A stretch of 43,040 bases of DNA from Dehalococcoidia bacterium (GTDB lineage: Bacteria > Chloroflexota > Dehalococcoidia > Dehalococcoidales > BS750m-G39): the NCBI GenBank assembly GCA_011176635.1, contig DUEC01000001.1:1-43040 (forward strand), in the 5' to 3' direction. A program made the position numbers and the translations under genes. Below, piece after piece: positions 37,083-43,040 of the stretch (position 1 is the first letter of the stretch; each line of letters starts with the position of its first letter). The notes beneath the pieces were generated by a model. It worked only from the letters and a program-made list of their open reading frames with translations, was not told where the DNA came from and made no database searches.

Positions 37083-37948
37083 TGAATTTCTCCAAGGCGC
37101 AGGGTGCGGGCAACGATTTCATACTGGTGGAGGGCGAGCAAGCGCCGCGTGATTGGTCGCGGCTGGCGATAGCCATGTGCAACCGCCACTTCGGTATCGG
37201 CGGCGACGGCCTGATAGTGATTTTACCCTCAAACAATGCCGACTTCCAGATGCGCATGTTCAACCCCGATGGCTCCGAGGCTGAGGCCTGCGGCAATGGC
37301 CTGAGGTGCCTGGTTAGATACGTCCTGGATAATGGGATGGCCGATGTCAAGGCTGCAGAAATATCGGTGGCAACGATGTCGGGGGTAAAAAAAGCCAGGC
37401 TTCACAGGGCAGGCGGCAGGGTAACCGCCATGCAGGTAGGCATGGGCGAACCAAAATTCAGCGCCGGGGATATACCGGTAGCCATAGAGCCAGAGAAAGC
37501 CCCAGAGCCAATACTGGACTATCCGCTTATGGTAGGCGATAAGGAGCTCCATTTGAGCTTCGTCTCCATAGGCAACCCGCACGCTGTCTATTTCGCACAA
37601 CAGGCGGTATCCGATTTCCCCTTATCACAGCTGGGGCCGAGGGTGGAAAGGCACCGGATATTCCCCAGCCGGACAAATTTTGAGGTAGCCAGGGTCTTAA
37701 GCCGCAAGCAGATAGAAGCCAGGGTGTGGGAGAGGGGAGCGGGAGAGACATTAGCCTGCGGCAGCGGCGCCTGCGCCATAGCCGTTTTAGCCCGACTACA
37801 TGACTATACCGATAATAAAGTCGATATAAAACTGCCCGGGGGCATTTTGAGCGTGGAGTGGGCCGGGAGTGGGGAGGTTCTTTTAAGCGGCCCGGCTGAA
37901 ACCGTATTTAGTGGAGAGTGGCCAGATGAAAATGTCGAGACGGATTGA
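37082..37948 (+). CDS. dapF: Diaminopimelate epimerase
   Basis: GNDF, CGNGLRC, GNPH and ERGAGETLACGSGAC. Confidence 0.96.
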   Translation: MNFSKAQGAGNDFILVEGEQAPRDWSRLAIAMCNRHFGIGGDGLIVILPSNNADFQMRMFNPDGSEAEACGNGLRCLVRYVLDNGMADVKAAEISVATMSGVKKARLHRAGGRVTAMQVGMGEPKFSAGDIPVAIEPEKAPEPILDYPLMVGDKELHLSFVSIGNPHAVYFAQQAVSDFPLSQLGPRVERHRIFPSRTNFEVARVLSRKQIEARVWERGAGETLACGSGACAIAVLARLHDYTDNKVDIKLPGGILSVEWAGSGEVLLSGPAETVFSGEWPDENVETD

Positions 37949-39122
37949 GAACCTGCCGCCTTTTCTCTTCGTGGGAATCAATAAGAAGATTGCCCAGAAA
38001 AGGGCTAAGGGCGAAGAGGTAGTCAGCTTTGCCGTGGGCGACCCCGATATTCCCACGCCAAACCACATAATCGAGAGGCTGTGTCAGGCGGCCAAAGACC
38101 CGGCTAACCACCGCTACCCGGAGACCGAGGGCCTGCCCGAACTGCGTCAAGCTATAGCCGAGTGGTATAAAAAGCGCTTCGGTGTCTCCCTTGACGCTGA
38201 TAAAGAGGTACTGCCCCTCATTGGTTCTAAGGAAGGCATTTACCACATTACCTTCTGCTTTATTGACTACCGGGATATCGCCCTGATACCTGACCCGGCA
38301 TACCCCGTCTATTCAGTAAGTACCATGTTGGCCAGCGGCTCTGCTCACTATCTGCCCCTCACCGAAGAGAACGGTTTTCTGCCCGATTTGGACGCCGTAC
38401 CCGCCCACGTGCTCCAGAAAGCCAAGCTGCTCTGGCTCAACTACCCCAATAACCCGACCACTGCCGTGGCTGACCTCGACTTCTTCAACCGCGCCGCCGA
38501 ATTCGCCTCACATAACGGCCTGGCTGTCTGCCACGACGGGCCCTATTCAGAGGTCGCCTTTGACGGCTATCAGCCGGCCAGCTTTATGCAGGCCGACGGA
38601 GCTAAAGAAATAGGGGTGGAATTCAACTCCCTGTCTAAAATCTATAACATGACCGGGTGGCGCATAGGCATGGTGGTGGGCAACGCGGCCATGATAGATG
38701 CCTTGAAGAGGCTTAAATCCAATCTGGACTCAGGGATTCCCCAGGCTATTCAATACGCCGCTATCGAGGCCCTGAGCGGCCCTCAGGACTGCATCCAGGA
38801 GCACAATGCCGTCTACCAGAGGCGCCGCGACCTGGTTATCGAGGTGTTGAATAACATGGGGCTTAAAGCCCAAACGCCCAAGGCGACCCTCTACATATGG
38901 GCTAAGGTCCCCCAGAGCTACACCTCGGTGGACTTTGCCGCCGACCTGCTGGAGAGGGTAGGGGTGGTGGTTACCCCGGGGACAGGCTACGGCAAGCACG
39001 GCGAGGGCTATATACGATTGTCACTGACCGTCCCCGACGCCGCCCTGGTAAGGGGCCTGTCACAGCTGGCCAACTGGCGTGACTCCAGGAGGAAGCTGAG
39101 ACCGGGGATAGACTTTACATAA
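37926..39122 (+). CDS. dapL: LL-diaminopimelate aminotransferase
   Basis: Class I PLP aminotransferase (GSKEG, NYPNNPT, SLSK.YNMTGWRIG) adjacent to dapF. Confidence 0.88.
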   Translation: MKMSRRIENLPPFLFVGINKKIAQKRAKGEEVVSFAVGDPDIPTPNHIIERLCQAAKDPANHRYPETEGLPELRQAIAEWYKKRFGVSLDADKEVLPLIGSKEGIYHITFCFIDYRDIALIPDPAYPVYSVSTMLASGSAHYLPLTEENGFLPDLDAVPAHVLQKAKLLWLNYPNNPTTAVADLDFFNRAAEFASHNGLAVCHDGPYSEVAFDGYQPASFMQADGAKEIGVEFNSLSKIYNMTGWRIGMVVGNAAMIDALKRLKSNLDSGIPQAIQYAAIEALSGPQDCIQEHNAVYQRRRDLVIEVLNNMGLKAQTPKATLYIWAKVPQSYTSVDFAADLLERVGVVVTPGTGYGKHGEGYIRLSLTVPDAALVRGLSQLANWRDSRRKLRPGIDFT

Positions 39123-39137
39123 TGCTGGAGGGCGATT

Positions 39138-40289
39138 ATTAAGGCGACAATCGTTACCCGTTCCTCGGAGAGGGCATTCCTGGTAGCTGTAGCCGCTAAA
39201 GGCAGCGCTGACAGCTGGTCGGCGGAGGACTCCATAGACGAGCTGACCCAGTTAGCCGGCACAGCCGGGGCAGAAGTAGTCGGTAAGCTTATACAAAAGC
39301 TGTCTAGGGCATCAAGGACCCACTATCTGGGCAGAGGCAAGCTGGCCGAGCTGGTATCCTTAAGAGAGAGCACCGGCTACAGCGTCGCTATCTTTGATGA
39401 TGAGCTCTCGCCGCTCCAGCAAAGAAACCTAGAAGAAGCCCTTCAGGTGAAGGTAATTGACCGGGTAGCCTTGATTCTGGATATATTTTCCCGCCGGGCC
39501 AGGACCCGCGAGGGGCAATTGCAGGTGGAGCTGGCCCAGCACCAGTACCTTTTACCGCGCCTTGCCGGGCAGTGGAGCCACTTAGAGAGGCTGGGCGGCG
39601 GCATCGGCACCAGAGGCCCCGGTGAAACCCAGCTGGAGACCGATAGGCGCCTCATCCAGCGGAAAATACACCGTTTGAAGGCACAGATAGATGACATAAG
39701 GAAGCACCGCCAGCTTTATCGTCAACAACGCAGGAAGAGCGGTATCCCCATTGTGGCTATAGTCGGCTACACCAATGCCGGCAAGAGCACCTTGCTCAAC
39801 GCCTTGAGCCACGCCGATGTCTTCGTCGAGGACAAGCTGTTCGCCACTCTGGACCCAACCACCAGGCGGCTGGCCCTGCCTGATAAGAGCACCATCTTAG
39901 TTTCCGATACCGTCGGCTTCATCAGGAAACTGCCGCCCACCATCGTCAGCGCCTTCACGGCAACCCTGGAAGAGCTGTCCGAAGCCAATATGCTCCTCCA
40001 TGTGGTCGATTTAACTCGTCATAACGCTTCAGCGCAGTGCCAGATTGTAGAGGATATCCTGGCTGAGCTTGACCTGATTGATAAGCCCCGGGTTACGGCG
40101 CTGAATAAGATTGATTTGCTGCTGGATGACAGCCGGATCTGGGACGAGGAGTCAGCGCTAAGCTATCTTTCCGGCCAGACCGAGGCCGATGAGAACACGG
40201 TGCTCATTTCGGCGGCTAAGAAATGGGGGCTGGGCAGCCTCTTAGAGCTAATCAGCCAGACTCTAAGCCGCACCAAGCAGCCAGTCTGA
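39138..40289 (+). CDS. hflX: Ribosome-associated GTPase HflX; probable ATT start
   Basis: GIGTRGPGETQLE, GYTNAGKS, DTVGF and NKID. The conserved N-terminus (ERAFLV, ELTQLAGTAG, YLGRGK, FDDELSP.QQRNLE) is in frame upstream of the ORF-track start at 39447. Confidence 0.93.
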   Translation: MKATIVTRSSERAFLVAVAAKGSADSWSAEDSIDELTQLAGTAGAEVVGKLIQKLSRASRTHYLGRGKLAELVSLRESTGYSVAIFDDELSPLQQRNLEEALQVKVIDRVALILDIFSRRARTREGQLQVELAQHQYLLPRLAGQWSHLERLGGGIGTRGPGETQLETDRRLIQRKIHRLKAQIDDIRKHRQLYRQQRRKSGIPIVAIVGYTNAGKSTLLNALSHADVFVEDKLFATLDPTTRRLALPDKSTILVSDTVGFIRKLPPTIVSAFTATLEELSEANMLLHVVDLTRHNASAQCQIVEDILAELDLIDKPRVTALNKIDLLLDDSRIWDEESALSYLSGQTEADENTVLISAAKKWGLGSLLELISQTLSRTKQPV

Positions 40290-40501
40290 TTAAGACGCGC
40301 TGAGAGCCAAATCTGGGCATCCATAAATTCTTCTGAGTGGTTTGATACCTTATAAGGATAAAGGAGCTCTGTTTCAGGGTCCCCAAAGACCCCCGGTTGT
40401 CCTTCTTCCCAGCCCATATATGAGGCCTTTGCCCCTCAGGCACACCACATAAGAGAGAGTAGTTTACATAATAGTAGGCAATTATGTGGTATAATGAGGA
40501 T

Positions 40502-40906
40502 ATGATAATACCGTGTTGGCTTTGGGTAGTATGTGGATTGTTGTGGCTTATAGCATTGGGGTTTACCGGATGGGGTATCTGGAAAATCTTTGTTAAAAGC
40601 CGTAGGTTATTGGCAAAGGCTGAGTTGAACGACCTGGTTAGCGTGGTTGAGGAATCCAAAATATTTGCCTTAGAAATGAGAAGTAAACTAAAAGACGGCG
40701 ATCCATTATTGCTTTTCATTGACACGGAACTCCAATTGATAGACAGGAACTTAAATGCTTTATATGAGCAAGGTGGCGAGAAAGGTGCACGTGGTACTAT
40801 ATATGGGATTAGAGCTACTAAGGAGATAGCACAAGCCGCAGCTTTCTTTGCACTCGCTAGTTTTTCAGTTGGCATTAGCGCTGCACTAATTGCTATATTC
40901 AACTGA
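40502..40906 (+). CDS. AT-rich hypothetical membrane protein with N- and C-terminal TM helices
   Basis: 134-aa frame. ATG at 40502 lies 6 nt after TGgTATAAT (40487-40495), suggesting a leaderless start. Confidence 0.55.
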   Translation: MIIPCWLWVVCGLLWLIALGFTGWGIWKIFVKSRRLLAKAELNDLVSVVEESKIFALEMRSKLKDGDPLLLFIDTELQLIDRNLNALYEQGGEKGARGTIYGIRATKEIAQAAAFFALASFSVGISAALIAIFN

Positions 40907-41264
40907 AGCAATCCACTCCTAACCTCACTTGTTGCCCCTCATCCACCCCCTGTGTAATATTGGGACGCACTATATATGTTATGTAGGCTTTATCTCTGCG
41001 CAAGGCTGTTTTGGGCCCTGTAGAGGGGCTTCCCTCTCGCCTGCTTTCGCTCAAGAGCCCCCGGATTAACACCGGTATTTCTTATTCTTATTGATTCCCC
41101 AATAAAAACATCCAAAATTACAGGCATTTCCAGCATTATGTTCGGCAAAAGCGTCTCAGGGCCCCACGCCTGGCCTGAAGCTGTAGTTGACAATAAACTG
41201 GCTATATGATATAAATTAGCACTTTATGTCAAGTGTTATGCTGTTATGTGGGAGAAATAGACAG

Positions 41265-41336
<72 letters not shown>

Positions 41337-41402
41337 CCTAAAGGACAAGAGGATTATACAACTTCAATCTGGGGTAAACAAGCCAGTGTGGTAGCTTTAA
41401 AG

Positions 41403-43040
41403 CTAAATCTTCTCCACCCTGACGGCGCAGACCTTGTACTCGGGTATCTTAGCCACCGGGTCGATAGCGGGGTTGGTCAGCATATTAGCCGGGCTCTCAG
41501 CAAAGTGGAAGGCCATGAATACCACCCCCGGCGGCGAAACCCCGGTTATCCTGGCAGTGGCGGTTACCTCTCCCCGCCTTGAGACGACCTTTACCTTCTC
41601 ACCGTCAGCGATACCCAGCGCCGAGGCGTCTTTGGGGTTCATCTCCACCGCTTCCCCTTTAAGTATATTGAGTCCTTCTACCCTTCTGGTCAGGGTGCCG
41701 GTGTGAAAGTGGTAAAGGCTGCGTCCCGTGGTCAGGACCAGCGGATACTGCTTATCGGGGAGCTCCATCGGCGGCTTGTACTCCAGGGGGATAAACCGGC
41801 CCTTACCCCGGGTAAACTGCTGGGTGTGAAGAATAGGCGTCCCGGGGTGTTCTTTTGTCGGGCAGGGCCACTGCAGGCCGCCTTTCTCTAAGCGCTTATA
41901 GCTGATTCCCCCGTAGCTGGGGGTGAGGGAGGCAATTTCATCCATAATCTTAGAAGGACTGGCGAAATCGAAGCCGCCGTTGCCCATTTTCTTAGCTAGC
42001 TGGCAGGTAATCCACCAGTCGGGCCTGGAGTCGCCTATCGGCTCTATCGCCTTCCTTACCCTCTGTACCCGCCGCTCGGTGTTGGTGAAGGTGCCGTCCT
42101 TCTCGGCGAAGCTGGCTCCGGGCAGGACGACATCAGCCAGCCGTGCCGTCTCGGAGAGGAAGATGTCCTGGGCAACCAGAAAGTCCAACCTCTCCAGCGC
42201 TTCTCTGGCATGGCTGATATCGGGCTCGCTGAGCAGAGGGTTCTCCCCCATAAGGTAGATAGCCTTTATCTTTTTATCGTAGGCGGCATCAATCATCTCA
42301 GTGATGGTCAGCCCGGGCGAGGGGGGCAACGAGCCTCCCCAGGCGGCTTCAAACTTGCTCCTGATATCGCCGTCAGCCACCGCCTGGTAGCCGGGGTAGA
42401 CGTTAGGCAGGGCACCCACGTCACAGGCCCCCTGGACGTTATTCTGCCCCCTTAAAGGGTTTACCCCCGTGGCCGGCTTGCCCACGTTGCCGGTGAGCAT
42501 AGCCAGGTTGGCGGTAGCGATGACATTATCGGTGCCGTGAGAGTGCTGGGTGATGCCCATGGCGTAGAGGAGAGCGGAAGGTCTCTGGGTGGCGTATACC
42601 CTGGCCGCCTCGGCTACATCTTCCTTAGGCACGCCGGTGGTCAGCTCGACAAAATCAAGGTCAAAGCCCTTAAGCGACTTCTTGAAGGCGCTGAAGTTCT
42701 CACAGCGCTCTCTGATGAAGGCCTTATCAAGAAGCCCCTCGTCGACTATCACCTTCATCATTCCCATGAGCAGGGCGACATCCGAGCCCGGCTTGTGCCG
42801 AAGCCAGAGGTAAGACCAGCGCACCAGGTCAATCTCACGCGGGTTGGCTACAATCAGCCTGGCACCCCTGTCTACCGCCCGCTTTATCTCCAGAGCGATT
42901 ATGGGATGAGCCTCAGTGGTGTTGGTGCCAATGGCCAAGATACAGCCCGAGTCCCTGAACTCGTTGATGGAGTTGGTCATCGCCCCGCTGCCGAAGCTCT
43001 GCACCAGCCCGGTGACACTGGGGGCGTGGCAGAGGCGGGC
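41403..43040 (-). CDS. fdhF: Formate dehydrogenase alpha subunit (Mo/W-bisPGD), partial, runs off the window; Cys-type
   Basis: The frame from the window edge reads ARLCHAPSVTGLVQSFGSGAMTN; also LRGQNNVQGACD, EKDGTFTNTERR, TTGRSLYHFHTG and KIPEYKVCAV. Confidence 0.93.
   Translation of the reverse strand, partial: ARLCHAPSVTGLVQSFGSGAMTNSINEFRDSGCILAIGTNTTEAHPIIALEIKRAVDRGARLIVANPREIDLVRWSYLWLRHKPGSDVALLMGMMKVIVDEGLLDKAFIRERCENFSAFKKSLKGFDLDFVELTTGVPKEDVAEAARVYATQRPSALLYAMGITQHSHGTDNVIATANLAMLTGNVGKPATGVNPLRGQNNVQGACDVGALPNVYPGYQAVADGDIRSKFEAAWGGSLPPSPGLTITEMIDAAYDKKIKAIYLMGENPLLSEPDISHAREALERLDFLVAQDIFLSETARLADVVLPGASFAEKDGTFTNTERRVQRVRKAIEPIGDSRPDWWITCQLAKKMGNGGFDFASPSKIMDEIASLTPSYGGISYKRLEKGGLQWPCPTKEHPGTPILHTQQFTRGKGRFIPLEYKPPMELPDKQYPLVLTTGRSLYHFHTGTLTRRVEGLNILKGEAVEMNPKDASALGIADGEKVKVVSRRGEVTATARITGVSPPGVVFMAFHFAESPANMLTNPAIDPVAKIPEYKVCAVRVEKI

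Noticed and set aside
40432-40447. CCCCTCAGGCACACCA resembling a tRNA 3' end or att site
   Set aside because: There is no T-loop consensus and it does not match the nearby tRNA-Ile2.

Overview
A GC-rich anaerobe genome segment. Gene content and order (por + nuoEFG-like genes; dxs-pgk-apgM-tpiA-miaA-dapF-dapL-hflX) point to Dehalococcoidia (Chloroflexota); this is an inference. Left part: ion transporters, a USP, a porCDAB operon running into a HydCBA/NuoEFG-like flavin/Fe-S module with no catalytic domain, Mo/W-cofactor and selenium maturation genes, and housekeeping genes. Right part: core metabolism and a partial Cys-type formate dehydrogenase. Five tRNAs are present; tRNA-Arg(CCG) has C33 instead of U33. 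The most interesting region is an approximately 13.6 kb accessory block (about 15.6-29.3 kb) between plsY and tRNA-Arg(TCT). It holds two diverged AprA-like flavoprotein / AprB-like ferredoxin pairs that lack APS-reductase catalytic motifs and share an atypical C-W-x-G-G-C-C-x3-C-P cluster motif. These pairs bracket a UroD/MtaA-superfamily gene and an Opp/Dpp ABC importer. The intergenic DNA holds unannotated remnants of a corrinoid protein, LivF, a possible ferredoxin and a probable integrase. hflX appears to start at ATT behind a 6-codon upstream ORF, and dxs probably starts at CTG. All calls come from reading motifs by eye; no searches were run.
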